This document shows, in pieces, positions 1 to 14,574 of a DNA stretch of 64,000 nucleotides. The notes under the pieces are model-generated. The model did no database searches. It was not told the DNA's origin and worked only from the letters and a program-made list of their open reading frames with translations. This DNA is from the human T2T-CHM13v2.0 reference genome, Homo sapiens: the NCBI RefSeq assembly GCF_009914755.1, contig NC_060928.1. One strand, 5' to 3'. The position numbers and the translations under genes were made by a program. The stretch's first letter is position 1. Each line of letters opens with the position of its first letter.

Positions 1-1204
1 CAATAATAGGCAAAGCAAGGTCACACAAGTAGAAGCTGGCTACTAGAAAAAATATGACCTTCACCCATCTCCCTGTTCATGCCTTGTCATGAGATTTGGG
101 TGGCTGAGTTTATGCTACCTGTTCACCCTGCATTTATGGGAGTGGAGACAATGAGTATCTGCTCTCTTTCACCTCTATATGGGAAGTGCTCATTACTTCT
201 CACCAAGACTACTCATAATAGAGTCATCCTGAAAAAACAATCAGAATACCAATGGAAAGGAGAGGTAGGATGGTGTACTGCCAAAATATAACAAATTATT
301 CATCAATTCCTTATTTGTTCATTTATTCAACAGATATATATCAAAATATGTGCCTAGTAGTCACAGGGAATAGCTGGAAAAAATACTGAGAGAGATTAAA
401 ATAAGGGTAGGTAAGAAAAGTAGACAGGAGAATAAATACTGTTGGAGGTTATAAGCCTGTAAGCCTGGTAAAGAGTTTACATTTTATTTTCAGTGCAATT
501 GTGAGATTTCATCAGAGTAGTAATGTTAACTAACCTTTTTAAAAGACCACTCTGACTGCAAGGGGATAATAGAATGCAAACAGATCAAGAGTGGAAGCTG
601 GACAATTATTAAGGTTCTAGGCTGCAAGCATCAGAAACGTACTTTAAGTATGTGGAAGACAATCAAGTAACCCACAGAATCATCCAGAAAGCTAGAGGAT
701 CAGATACAGAAGTCCTACAGGAATCAAGAAGGGGTAGACAATAAGAAACACAGCTGAATTAAGATAAAGACATAAGCTGGTGGGATTCCCTCCCAAATGC
801 CACTGCCACTGGTTACAGTACTCTGCTGATCTCAAATGTTCCCCTGGATTCTAGATGTCTCCACGTTGTCATAGGCGTTTTCCCAATTCTTCCTGCCTTT
901 GTGTATCGTTCTCTTTATATTCATACTCCTGAGTTACCCAAAGTCTGAACCTGTGCCATATGCCCAAACTCAAACTTCCAAAGAATGGAGACAAAAAGAA
1001 CATGGCTTTTTTTGGTTTCACTAATGAAAGTCAGGGAAGTGCCTCCAACCAATTCTTACATAATAGAGAACTCCCTAAAACTAAAACTCCCTAAACAATG
1101 ATATTAAGAGGCAGCATTTTCCTAAATAAATATCCACAGATGTAAACTAGTATTGAATTGTCAATGAGACATGGAAGACCTTGGATCTGCAGCCTGAAAA
1201 AGTA

Positions 1205-1452
1205 TGTGTTGGAATGGTTGAGTGCAGGCTATCGAATGAGATTGTCTGAGTTGAAACACCTGCTCTTCCACTTAGTTCCTATGTGATATTGAGCAAGTTA
1301 CAAAACTCCACATTCCAGACTCTTTATCATTTAAAAAGATATAATAGCAATAATTATTAAGAATTGTAGGACAATTGTAAGAATTAGTTTATGAATGTAC
1401 TTAGTACTGGGTCTGGCACTTAGTAGTAAGCATATTATAAATCTTAGCTATT
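1205..1452 (+). mobile_element. MIR SINE (degenerate)
   Basis: MIR core and 3' motifs: 'ctcttccacttagttcctatgtgatattgagcaagttac' ... 'gggtctggcacttagtagtaagca...aaatcttagctatt'; boundaries approximate. Confidence 0.7.
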
Positions 1453-2138
1453 CTTTGTTAGACTGGTAGGAACAGATATGAAGAGAAATAAATAAATGGA
1501 AGGATAAATATTAGAAACAGAATGCATTGGAATTCCTCATTAATTGATATGCAAGGAAGGGGGGACAATCACTGATGACCTCAAAATTATGGCTTAAGGA
1601 AGTATTGGATTACAGTGCATTTACTGAGATAAACAAATCTCCATTTGTTTTGAAATGACTTAGTTTCATGACTTTATTAACCCGCCCCAGCATACTTATG
1701 AACTATTTTGTTCAAAATCCCTCTCCATTCTTTAGGAATACTCCAATATTTTATCCACATTGTAAGGTCATTTTCACATCTGCTGCAGCACACAGAGAGG
1801 ACACACAATTAATTATTGATTTTATATTTGTTCATAGTATCTCTATCCATCTAATATTTATAACAATGACTCAGATTATTGGCATTTTGCAAATTTCTGA
1901 GAGTTCTATGTTTAAATGACTGTCATTCAGCTCTTTCCAAAACATAAAGGGGTTAATTAATATTTCATAGATACAGCCTAATAGTATCTGTTTCAAGCTT
2001 TGAATCTTTCAACTTTTGCCATGTAACGTAATGTAATATATTCACAAGTTCCATAAATTAGGATGTGAACATCTTTGGGAGGACATTCTATCTACCATGC
2101 CTTCTAAAGGGCAATATAAATAAGATATAAATAGATAA

Positions 2139-2532
<394 letters not shown>

Positions 2533-3948
2533 GGTAATTTTTTTTCTGGTTTTTTTTTTTGTTTTTTTTTTTTTGTAGTTTATCCAATTCCATCTTTAGG
2601 ATCAAATGTCTTATTTGTTATAAAATTTAATTAAGGAGGAATACATTTCCCAAAACTAAAACAAAGCTTTAAAAAATAGTTGAACAAGTTTATAATGTGA
2701 AAAGAAACAAGAATCAAAAATCACCAGAAGAAAACTTTCTTAGAGTATATCCTAAACAAATGGGTTATAAATATGTTCATAGGAAAAAGAAAGAACATCT
2801 TTCTTAAAAAACTAAGCCATCAGTAAGAGTAAAAAAATAAAAATAAAAATCAATATATAATCAAAAAATAGTTGAGTTTTTAAATCAAATATGAAGTCTA
2901 AACAAAGATAAAATATTGTAAAACCTTTAGAACTTAGAGAAAATATTAAAATTTCAATAAAGCATCTTACACTCATTCCATTGGCTTTTAAAATAAGACA
3001 TTTGTTTCAGATGCATAAATATCTGCCAAACAAAAACAGGAAAAGCAATGGAAATAGCCCAAACATTCCTGAGCTTCATGATAGGGAAGAGGGCTGATAA
3101 AAGTTACTGTAATAACAAGACCAACCAAGAAAACCAAAACTAATCAGGACTCCCTTTTATTTCCCAAAACTACATTTTCTTTTCAGATTTAAGATCTAAT
3201 GAAAACTTGCATGGAACAAAATTTTGGCATCTATTTATTTCATAAGGACATTTTGTTTAAAAAACTTATATTAAATGCTTAATTCATCCACAGAAGCAGG
3301 GAAGGAAATATTGGGCCATCATTAATCATATCAAAGCATTACATTACTCCAAAGCAGAAAACAATGTTCTCATAAAAATAATATAAAGGCAATATTAAAG
3401 TGGAAGCCAAATAATTATAATATGCTTTGAAGTATAAAACCTGCAGCAAAGTAGGGTACAATGACCTTGTTGGAGACAGTTTCAAGTACTAAGCTGCACT
3501 TTGGATAAGTTAAAGATTTGCTTTGTGAATGTGTGGGTATGAATGTATATGTTAGCACAGGAAGGAACAGGAAGTTCTCAACACAGTCACTTCCATTCAT
3601 GCTCTGTTACTAAGAAAGTAGTTCTTTAAGTGATCTCACTATACAAATTTACTACTACTTTAGTTCCCAAGAAGTGAACACCAAAAGAATAATGTCTATT
3701 CACAAAGACAGATTCATGAATGAATATGGCAATATTTGAATAGGATACATATAGCTGAAGTATCTAGTCATTGCCTTGCAAAAAGAAGTCATCAAAAATG
3801 CTTGTTGAACAACAATGTAAGAAAAATCACCAACCAAAAATGATTGTGGGTATTTTGTAATTTACCACCTTTAAATAGCAATGCGACTTATCTGCATCAT
3901 TAATGTGTATGTTTTCACACAAATGCACTTGCTTATATCTTAGCTTAT

Positions 3949-4595
3949 TATTGGAACGGCTCTGTTGTCTGGGGTATATACCCTGGTTCTTTGTCACAGT
4001 TGAGAAATAATTCAGGACACGGACACACACTAGGAGTGAGTTTAGGAGTGGAAAGTTTAATATATAAAAAAGAAGAGAGAACAGCCTTCCTCATGCTGAG
4101 AAAACAGGTCGCCCAAAAGAGGGTCTCCGGTTTGCGGCCAAACGCAATCGGTTTTGTACAGAGGCTTAAGGAGGCAGTGACTGATGTATATACGGATCAA
4201 GGAATTGGTTTGACCAGGTGTGCCATTTACGTAGCCCAAGAAAAGACTGGCCCTCCCACCCTAGTCTTTTCTTATGCAAAGGCAGCATCCACCTGGAGGC
4301 AGCCATGATACCTGTACAGGTGGTTTTACCTGGAGGCTGCCATGATGCTGGCACACATGGTGACAAGGAAAAGAGGGCAGGAGACGCCATACTGAATGTA
4401 CCTGGCCTCCAGGTACAGCTGCTTGCATTTACACATAAAAGCTTCTAGTTTGCATATCTATGCTTGACTTCTCAGGCTGCTTTCTGTTAGCGAAGAAATG
4501 GTTTGGGGCTGCTTTTTATTAAAGGAAAATTCCACCGAGAATTCTTTTACCCTTTCTAGCTGCCTAAAAATAATTTCTTAATAACTCTTATATTA
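3949..4595 (-). mobile_element. ERV1 solo LTR, LTR9-group
   Basis: 'attggtttgaccaggtgtgccatttacgtagccc...ggccctcccaccctag' and the end 'gctgcctaaaaataatttcttaataactc' match recalled LTR9-family consensus; 4-bp TSD 'ttat' at 3945-3948 and 4596-4599. Confidence 0.75.
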
Positions 4596-4629
4596 TTATG
4601 CCCTTCCCCTAACTTTTCATGGCTCACTC

Positions 4630-5042
4630 CTTGTTTTGCAGGAAAATCAGCCAAGGTCCTAGAAAGAGAGAGAAGCAAAGTCAGAGTAATTGATGAAGGG
4701 TTTATTTACAAAGTCTAGACCCTTCAAAGGGAAACCAAAAATGAGAGGTAACAACAATGTGAAAGTCACCACCCCAGGACTAAAAAGAACAGGGGACAGT
4801 AGCTGCTCCTGGATTCAGAAAAAGCTTAGCTTAGCTAGAGCTGTAAGAGAGGGCCTCCCATCAAAAGCTATGGCCTTAGGGAGAGGAGCACAACTTTGGC
4901 CAACCCATGAGCCAAACTCAACTGCAAGCCTGAGGGGAGCGGAGCCCAGTTAGTACAGTCACTACTCCAGGAGCACAGACCAGGAGAGAGAGGCAATGAG
5001 AAGGGAAGAGAAGAGAGGGAGGCAAACCGAATATTCAGCACA
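4630..5042 (-). mobile_element. Old ERVL-type LTR (LTR33-like)
   Basis: TG..CA-bounded GC-richer block with 'gtttatttacaaag' and 'agctatggccttagggagagg'; flanks ctcct/ttcct resemble a decayed 5-bp TSD; subfamily from memory only. Confidence 0.45.
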
Positions 5043-5272
5043 TTCCTGTTTCCTCTAATATCCTCTTAATGTCACCTCCTCAAAAACTAGCAGAGTTTTT
5101 GACATTCACTACGCCTTACCAGAAGGATCTGGCTTTTTAAAACTAAAACATTGAGACTCGCCTGAAGAAACATCTAAATAACGTAATCATTACCTATAGT
5201 CAGTGCATTTTTCACAGGATAAGTGATAAGAAGAAAAAACTTAGACATGGAGAAATGAACCAATTCCTTTTC

Positions 5273-6329
5273 TGTAAGGAATGGTAGAGCATTTTAGGGC
5301 CCCTAATACAATCAGGTCAAGGTGAGAATTTGCCCCGAAATAAATCACTCTTCGCGGTGTAGGGAAGGTACCCAAGAAGTTATTGCCATAGGCCTCACTA
5401 CATGACCAAGACATTCTCTATTGTTGCTGGTCTCTTCAACCCACAGAAATCTGGGTGAGATTACCCTTCCTTCCTCAGTGAGACCCCTCTAATTTTCTGC
5501 ACTGAGAATTGACTTCTAGGCCTGAACAAACCAGGTGACACCTGCATCAGTTGACTGTGGAGTCTGCAACAACCACAGAGGGTTCTACAGGATTGTTCTT
5601 GTAGATGGAGACTCTCTAGGTTCTGGCACTGTTTCCAGGTCTCCACTTAATCAATGACAATGAGGCAGTGTCTGATATAAGTCTATCAGGCAGGGCTGTT
5701 CTGGAAGCCAGCAGTTGTCTACATAAGCATCAAAGAGAACGTTGACATTCTCTCCCAGGAGCAGATAAACAAGATAATGAACTACAGTTTTGAATGAGAC
5801 TTTAAAATCCTGAGGAAATTCATCATCGGAGGTAAGAAAAAAAAATCTAGACTTTCTTCTCATGAGAAAAGATGAGGCTTGAGAATTGCAGAAATTTGCA
5901 ATTTATAGTATAATGAGAAGCCTGTCTCCATTTTCTGATGTTTGACTGCTCAGAGCATATAAGCCTTACCTCTTCCTCTTCCTCTCGTGTCCCACATCTG
6001 GCCAGCCAAGAAGAAAGCCTGGATGCTCCCTCCCTTAGCACCTGAGGCTAGACTCAAACCATGCATATCCCTGCTCATGCATGGGAAGCCTCACTCAGGC
6101 CTTACTCCCTTACCATTAAACCCAAGCCAAGTATCCTTTCCATGCTCTCTCAAGCTATTTAGAACCTGCTTAAGAAACTTCCCTGCTCTCCCCAGACATA
6201 TCCGTAACACCCTGTTTTGTTCCATCTCGGTGTGTATATGTGGTGTCACGTATATGTGGCGTCATTAGTCTTTATACATGAAACAAATTTTGGATGGGAG
6301 CCCCCCGCTTTTGCAAAGCAAAAATAACA
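5273..6329 (+). mobile_element. Old ERV1-type LTR sequence (MER89/MER90/MER110-like 3' end)
   Basis: 3' part 'cctgctctccccagac...gtggcgtcattagtc...aaacaaattttggatggg...aataaca' resembles old ERV1 LTR ends; 5' boundary and subfamily uncertain. Confidence 0.4.
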
Positions 6330-8275
6330 TAAAGGAAAACTTCCTGCTTTTCTATTTCCAGTTGGTGAAGAAGTCATACCGGTTGCCTACAATTCACAAT
6401 CCTCATTTTCCTAATAGGTGTAACCACCTTTATTCTCATTCAGATCCCTAACCCAGCCTACCTTCTGCTCCTTACCAGCTCCTCAAACACTTTCAACTCT
6501 TGTCAATTACACCAGGTTCAACCAGTCTTATGTGGAGAGTGTGGTCACAAAACACAACTTTTAAAAAATTTGAGTAAGGAAAATGAAGTCTCTGTACCCC
6601 AAATCAATGTTTCAATGTATAGTTTTAGAACAGCAAGTTGTGAAGTTTTACTAGGTGAATTTGCAAACTTACATGCAAATATCCTCCCAGAACTCCTTTC
6701 TCCAACTCTGCCCATTCCAGTTTTTTACCTGTTTCAAGATTCCTATTATTAGCTTAACTGGACATTGCTTAAAAGCTTATTCTATATATTCAGTGATCCT
6801 GTGTAACCTATGTTTTAGAATCAATTTGGATATGATAAGCTTGATATAGAATTGAATATTTAGAATATTTGTCAAATAATAGGATAACCTATTGTGATTT
6901 ATATATTATTATTCACTGAAAAATTTTTGTGTAATTTCAATTTAATTCAAAGTCTCTTGAAGATTTACGCATCTTTAAGGAAAACGGTAATTAAAAAAAT
7001 ATGGGCATCACAGCAACAAGTTTTGCTTTTTTTTGTTCCAGGAATTTTGCAAATAAATGAGGTAGAAGTCTACCATAATGGAATCAAAAAATTAATTAGT
7101 TTGGGCCACTCAGTGTATTGAGACATGTATATAAAATAGAAGGGAAAGGAAGAATGTTGGTTTGATGCAATGCAATTCATTCCTTTTAAGTGAAAAGTGG
7201 GCTTTTATTTTTAAAGGATGCCTTTGTCAAACGCAACTACAGTAAGCTACACACAAACCTCACTGGTTTCTCACCTCATCACTCTCTCCATAATAAGCCT
7301 TCATTGTAGATTTCTTTTAGATACAAACGTTTCCACTTAATTTGGCTCTGCCCCATGGCCCTTATCTGACCCAGAAAAAGCCCTCATGCACTTATGACTC
7401 AAAGACGGCATACGTTTCTGCAGAAAGCCAGACCAGCCTACAGCCAGTAATAGGTTGTTAAGATTTAACAAGGAAAAGTAAGGTACCCATTAGGAGGTTT
7501 AAAATGGCTTGGCTGGGAGGAGATGGAATCTAAAGTTTAAAGAGATTGGAAATAGCCATGTTAAAAGTCATTTTAACAATCAGGTTTAAAAATAGACTTT
7601 ATTAAAATGCTTAATAAAGCATTCTGTGAAAGCAAAAATAAAAACCCCAAATCATTAATTTCATACTGTAAAAGTGAAACTGATATAATTTTCTACCACT
7701 TGGTTAATGCATATTCCCCTGTATTTAGGTGTCTATGAAAAAGTTTGTGTATACATTCATGGAAAATAATTGATTGTTCATAATATAGAAATAGGACATT
7801 CAAATAAAATGTGTAAAAATGTTCATGATAAAGACTGGCAATGTCATCTCATCTGGCTGTTTTTAAAAGTGAAGGTGTATCTAGCTCTAGCTTTTCGGAG
7901 GGACATGAAAAATAAAATTCAAGGAAGTTAAATCAAAATGTTCCACTCATATTCCATGCTGTTCAGCTACTTGTATTGCTTTATTTTGATGTAATTTTTT
8001 AATAGATGTTCTAGGTCTTAGCATTAATATTTAACATATATTTTACACTATTTAATTTCATAAATTATAAAATTAATATGCTGCAGTGACAAGTAACTGT
8101 TGAGATGTTCAGAACAATGATGCATCTCTCTCAGCAGTGTAAAATATATATAGCATTTTTCATTAAGGTCTAGTTTACTATAGTAACCGTCACACTTTTT
8201 AGAGTAGTTCTGCAAGTTTTGACAAATTCATGTAGTCAAATAACCACTATCACAATCAAGATGAAGAATACTTCC

Positions 8276-8682
<407 letters not shown>

Positions 8683-10057
8683 TTAGTTCTGAATCATATA
8701 GGACATTCAACTATAGGATTGATAAGTATAAAATCAAATATGATTATTAAACTCAACTCTCTTGTCCTTCACAATAAGGAACATGTATTCTCTCTCTTTC
8801 TCTCCCAGACATCTTCCCCACATCCTATTTAACCCCTCCCCAACATATATACCCATTCCTACCTGTTTCCAATATAAATCAGGATGGTATCTTTTTATTT
8901 TTGTTTTCTTTTCTTTATACAGAGAGCCAGCCTTCTGATTTGGATTAACAGGAAAGAAAATCTCTCCAAAACGACATTACCTCACAAGGAAGAATGTAGC
9001 ACTACATTAGTTTTTCAAGATTGGATAAAGCATGTTTAGGCTAAATGCGGACATCAGCAGTTTTAAAACCTAAATCTGATGCATCTGCACTCTTTATTGT
9101 CTTAGAGGTTCCATCAGTAAATGCTTAAAGTCTTTCTCCTGGCAGCAAAAGTCTCCAGTGAGGTTTTTATATGATTTGCTAAGAAATGCCTGTTTTCAGA
9201 AGTCATTCTTTTCAATCCCCAGGGAAGCGTGTCTGCTGGAGTAACTCTGCCTTCATGCTACCTGCTAAATGACTTGGGAAAATCTCCTTATACAGAAGCA
9301 ATATTTAAATTAGAAAAGACAGTTTGAAAACCTGTTTTTAGTTTGTTCATGGTAAGACTTGAGACTTCCTCAGTTTTGTTAGCTGATAACTGCTTCTGTT
9401 TTTTATTTTGTTATTTTGGTTTTTTGTTAAACTATTTTTAAAATTATGGGTGAGGAAGATAAGATAGAGACCCCTTTGTGGAAGCAATAAAGCATTCCTT
9501 TTACCATATTATTCTTAGAATGTCTGCAAAGCTCATTTGCACATACCCATGATCCCTCAGTGGAAGGTGTTATTCATAAATTGATGAAGATTTAATTCAA
9601 AAAAGCTTGTCATGGATCAAATGCAGATAGAATAGGAGCTGCCTAAGACTGCACTGTTGTTGGGTTCCATGAATTTTGAAAAGTACTGTAGAACGGAACT
9701 GACCTTTCAGGTAATTTGAGCCATATTCATGGCCACACTTTATCCACTTTCACGTGCAACACGTACATAAAAACTAAAATTCTTTACATTAGATCCTTAC
9801 AATACTTTTTTCTTATGAGCACAAACTTATTTTTTCAGTAACTCAGGTGTCAATCTTTCCACTCTTACACTTACGTTCTGCCAAATTCAAAGTTTAGCTC
9901 TTTCATTTTCTTTCAACTTCTCAGCCCCACCCAGACCCCTGAACAGACTCTCAAGTCATTTTAACCTCTAGTAAGAGTTTATAGAGCCTCAAGCATTCTT
10001 TACTCTTCCTAGAAGCAAAGTAATATTCATAAAATACCCTTTTCAAGACCTTTATAC

Positions 10058-10250
10058 CAGTAATTCTCAAAATTTCATGTCCATCAGAATTATCCAGAGA
10101 GCTTATTAAAACACAGGTTTCTAGACCCCATCCCCAGCGTTTCTAATTCAGTTTTTCAGAACATGGAGTGCAGTCCAAGATTTTCATTTCTAAAATTTCC
10201 CAGGTGATGTTGCTGCTACTGAGCCAGTGATCACACTTTAGGAACAATTG
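10058..10250. mobile_element. MER5A hAT-Charlie MITE
   Basis: 'cagtaattctcaaa...catcagaattatccagagagcttattaaaacacag...cccaggtgatgttgctgctactg...cacactttaggaacaattg', ~190 bp with degenerate terminal inverted repeats. Confidence 0.85.
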
Positions 10251-11359
10251 ATTTGTCTGATTCTTTCTAATAATTGATTATATCAATTAGTGGCATCAGA
10301 ACACTATTTTTTTTTCTATTTCCCTCCCCAATGCTGGGTAGCCATTCACTGTTCAACATACTTGTCTCCTTACAGATTTCCACTTGTTACCTATACTGGT
10401 GCAATTGAGATATACCACATATTGTTTTTGGACACTCAGTTTTATTCCAAACCTGCTAAGCTATTTTCTAGGTGGCAGAACCTTAGAACCCATAGATATG
10501 TTTATAGAGTCACTCACTAGCAAGTTTGTTTAGAATTGGCCAATGGGATGTGATCCTGAAATACTTTAAAAGCAAAAGACAAGAAAACATGATTATTTTC
10601 TGGTGGCCTTTGTGGAAAGGCACTTTGGTAGTGGCAGGTGGCAGATGGCAGATGGCAGATGTGGGGTCTGGCCCTCAGTTTTTGGATCCTCCCCGCATGT
10701 ACTTTGGTGCTGAGGATGTGGCTTCTTCGTGATCTTTGCACTTCCAAAGGCATTATGGACAGACTTCATGACCTTTGCTCCCCAAGAATTCTTAAGGTTG
10801 GGTATATTGCTTCTAGTTTTGTTTTAAATTTATTCGTATTAGAATACCTAGGTGACTCCGTCTTTACTGAGCTAAACCAGAGTGAAACATTAAAAGTAAT
10901 GAATCAAGGAGTAAGATAAAATTGTAAGAGAGATAATTCATGATGTGGCTTCTTTATTCCCTTCCATGATGGTAGAGACTAACAAAACGACACCTTACCA
11001 TTTTTCCTATTCACAAGAAAAACACACACTTATCCCTGTGATTCTATTCTTTGGTACATATAGCAGACCTTTGAAAAACTGTTTAAATTACTCCAGAATT
11101 AAGGGTTAATGTTGCCTCAGTATTTTGGAAACTAAAAGCTATATTTGTTATTCTTGTGGATATGAAATGTATCTTTTTAAGTGTTTGGAAAAAATGGGTT
11201 CCTGGCATACTAGTAGTTTCTGTTGAAAAATTTAAAAACAAAAACAAAAAGCAAAAGCCAAGACCCTTCTATAGTTAAACAGATTGGGGAAATGCTCAAT
11301 ACCCTCCCTCATCTTAGAGAGTTTTGTTGTATAAAAATCTCTGAAAAGTCCTTCAGTAC

Positions 11360-11968
11360 TGTATTAGTCAGGGTTCTCCAGTGAAGCAAAACCTATAGGA
11401 GAGGCATCCATGCAGGGGGGTGGGGGGGGGGGGCGGGAGGGTGGAGGGGGAGAGAGAGAGAGTGAAAGAGAGAGAGACAGAGGGCAGAGAGAGATTTGAT
11501 TTATTGTAAGGAATCAGCTCATGCTGTTGTGGAGATGAGAAGTTCCAAGATCTGCAGTCAGCAAACTGGAGACCCTGGAGAGCCAATGAGTAGTTTCAGT
11601 CTGAATCCTGAGACCTGAGAACCAGGAGAACTGATGGTGTAACTGTCAGTCTGATGGTTGACAGGCTTGAGATCCATGAAGAGCCAATGTTTCAGTCTAA
11701 GTCTGAAGGCTAGAAAAGACCAATGTCCAGATGAAGCAAGCAGGAAGTTGGAGTTCTCTCTTACTCAGCCTTTTGTTTGATTCAGGCCTTCAATTGATTG
11801 AATAAGGCCCACCCACTTTAGGGAGGGGAATCTGCTTCACTTAGTCCATGGCTTCAAACGTTAACCTCATCCAGAAACACTCTCATAGACACACCTAGAA
11901 TGATATGTGGCCGGATGTCTGGGTACCCCATGGCCCAGACAAGTTGACACATAAAATTAACCATCATG
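11360..11968 (-). mobile_element. MLT2 (HERV-L) solo LTR, MLT2B-like
   Basis: Termini 'tgtattagtcagggttctcc' and 'aagttgacacataaaattaaccatca'; 5-bp TSD 'agtac' at 11355-11359 and 11969-11973; internal G-run and (GA)n. Confidence 0.92.
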
Positions 11969-12451
11969 AGTACCTATGCTGAAGCATTTCCCAACTTGGA
12001 TGCCCAAATAATCCTTATTTCATGTAACACCCCCTAATGTTTTTCAGACACATTATTATTCAACAAAGCACCTGTGGAAAATTTTGGTCCTTAAAAACAA
12101 ACAAACAAACAAAAAAAAAGGTTACTAAAGGTGGGCAGGGAGGATTGGGCAATACATCCCCGATTGAATCAAGAGAAATTCTGAGGACACACTCACTGAG
12201 ATTCTCAGTAATACACATATGACAATGGTATGAAAACTAACAGAACTTAGTTCTCATTATTACATTAGAATAAGAAGTAGGTAGAAGTTTTACTTAAATT
12301 CTTTAAAATTTTCATTATGTATCTCCTGATGTTTCCCACAGGATAAATTACTAGAATATCTACAGAAGACTTTGTGCTAATTTTATAATAGGAAGTATAA
12401 GGAAGAAGCTGGATTCCATCCCACAATCAATGATGGAACTAAATTGAACTA

Positions 12452-12859
12452 AACCTTATTTTTCATATCCCATCGTCATCTCACTTTTATTCTCAGTTCA
12501 AGGAGTTGTGAATAAGTTTGCAAATCAGCCCTGCAGACACTTTCCCAACAGTTTAAAGGGAAAATTCATAATACAAATCCTTAATCTTTAATTAAGGACT
12601 AACCTTATTTTTCATATCCCATCATCATCTCACTTTTTTTCTCAATTCAAGAAGTTGTGAATAAGTTTGCAAATCAACCCTGCAGACACTTTACCAACAG
12701 TTTAAAGGGAAAATTCGTAATACAAATCCTTAATCTTTAATTAAGGACTAACCTTATTTTTCATATCCCATCATCATCTTACTTTTTTTCTCAATTCAAG
12801 AAGTTGTGAATAAGTTTGCAAATCAACCCTGCAGACATTTTCCCAACAGTTTAAAGGGA
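12452..12859. repeat. Tandem repeat, 149-bp unit x ~2.7
   Basis: Unit start 'aaccttatttttcatatcccatc' at 12452, 12601 and 12750; the third copy stops after 'ccaacagtttaaaggga'. Confidence 0.97.
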
Positions 12860-13609
12860 GAAAAACACAGAAACAACAAAAAAGAAATTCAAAGGCACTT
12901 CATGAAAGAGCTGGTTGACTTTACATGTTGAAATATGTATTCATGGAGAATATACATTCTCTTGTTGCAGTAAATTTAGAGAGCCAAAACAAAAACTAAA
13001 CAGTGGTCCACAAAATGGTTGGATCCTGGAAGCAATAGTTATATTATCATTTCTTAAAAATAAGATTCTTCCTCTTTAGCTTTGTGCCTCTTTTGGGCTA
13101 ATTAAATATAGATGCTGTAACCAAAAGGCAGAAAGACGTGTTTTTGTTTTTTGTTTTTTTAAAAAACATGTTAAGTGGACAGTTCATCTCAATTGAGACC
13201 CATCTAAGTATAAAATCAATGGTATAAGTTAGAAAAGACAAAGTATATATTAGCTATAATGAAAGGTTTTTGGCAGAAATGTCAACATCATATAAATGCT
13301 GTTCAGTTAGTTATTGAGTTAACTTGTCAATGAAGACTTATTAGACTACAGTAAATACCAGACTAGTAGCAGCCCTGTGCATTGCTGAAGTTCATGAAGC
13401 AAATGTTTAGAACAACTTGACGCTCCTTTGTTTACACCTCTGCATATTTTTCCTCAAGGAAGTAAGTAAGATATCCAGTCTAAGTTTTTCCCCAATTGAC
13501 AGAACTTCCACATTGCAGAAGTCCTTTTGTGTCACATGCCTTGGAATTGTTTTATCTCTATCTCAAAATACTCTGTTCATTGTTATTGTCTCCATCCTCC
13601 AGGCATCTG

Positions 13610-13930
13610 TCTAATAAATATTTACTGAGAATCTACAATGTGCTGAATGCTAAGTAAATAATAATAACAAAACTAACAGTAGTAAAGAAACTATCTCTGC
13701 CATCAATAGGACAGAAAAGTTAGACAACTATAGGATAGTGTGTCAGTGCTTAGGAAAGAAGTAAGCATATGTTGGCAAGAGAGTGAGTGAGGTCAGGGAA
13801 TATTTTCTAAAAAAGGTATTTCCTGAGCTGTCTCTTAAAATTGGTATTATGCAAAGGAAGAAATAATAGGGTGAAAGACAACCAGACTTTGGGAAAATAT
13901 TGCAAGATGCCCAGGCAAGTGGAAGCAAAA
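13610..13930 (-). mobile_element. L2 LINE 3' fragment
   Basis: 'aataaatatttactgagaatctacaatgtgctg...tctctgccatcaatagg...gtgaggtcagggaa...tttcctgagctgtctcttaaa', typical of antisense L2. Confidence 0.6.
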
Positions 13931-14259
13931 ATCAGGAGGCTTGTGCTGCTCGCACCAGTCGCCTGCCACCAGTGCCTCAGCCCCACAGAGGAGGTAACCA
14001 GACACAGAATGTGGAACCTGGTCACCACACTCCCCATATTGAACTTTTCTTGCCAGTTGCCATAGCCGAACAACGATGGCCTCAAACTCACTCCCATGTT
14101 CAAAGTCTCATGCTAGCAGCTCTCACTGACAGAACCTAAATCACATGCAGAAACATAAACACAAAGGAGTTGGGGTAATGTAATTTTATCCCTTTAATCT
14201 CCAAAATCCAAGCAAGATACATAGAATGAATTGGGAATAGATGTCATATTCCTAATGGG

Positions 14260-14574
14260 CTGCACTGTCCAATGTGGTATCTATTAGCCACATGTGGCTA
14301 CTGAACACTTGAAATGCAGCTACTCCAAATTTAGATGTGCTGTAGTTTTAAATACACACCAGAGTCCAAAGATTTAGTATGAAAAAAAGAATATATAATA
14401 TCTTATTCATTATTTTATATTAATTATATATTAAAATGGTAAATTTGGCTATATTGTTCAAGTATTATTAACATTAATTTCACTGGTTTCTTTTTACTGT
14501 TTCATTAATACAGCTACTGGAACATATAAAATTACATAGGTGGCTCACATTACATGTCTATTGGACTGCACTGC
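14260..14574. mobile_element. MER33 hAT-Charlie DNA transposon
   Basis: Ends 'gcactgtccaatgtggta..tagccacatgtggctactgaacacttgaaatg' and 'gtggctcacattac..tctattggactgcactg', ~315 bp. Confidence 0.85.

Noticed and set aside
5461-5863. Two adjacent minus-strand ORFs that could be exons
   Set aside because: No recognisable protein family, no convincing splice-site pair, and they lie in probable LTR-derived sequence
12452-12859. Possible CRISPR-like or satellite array
   Set aside because: Eukaryotic context, no unique spacers, under 3 copies and no resemblance to 171-bp alpha satellite
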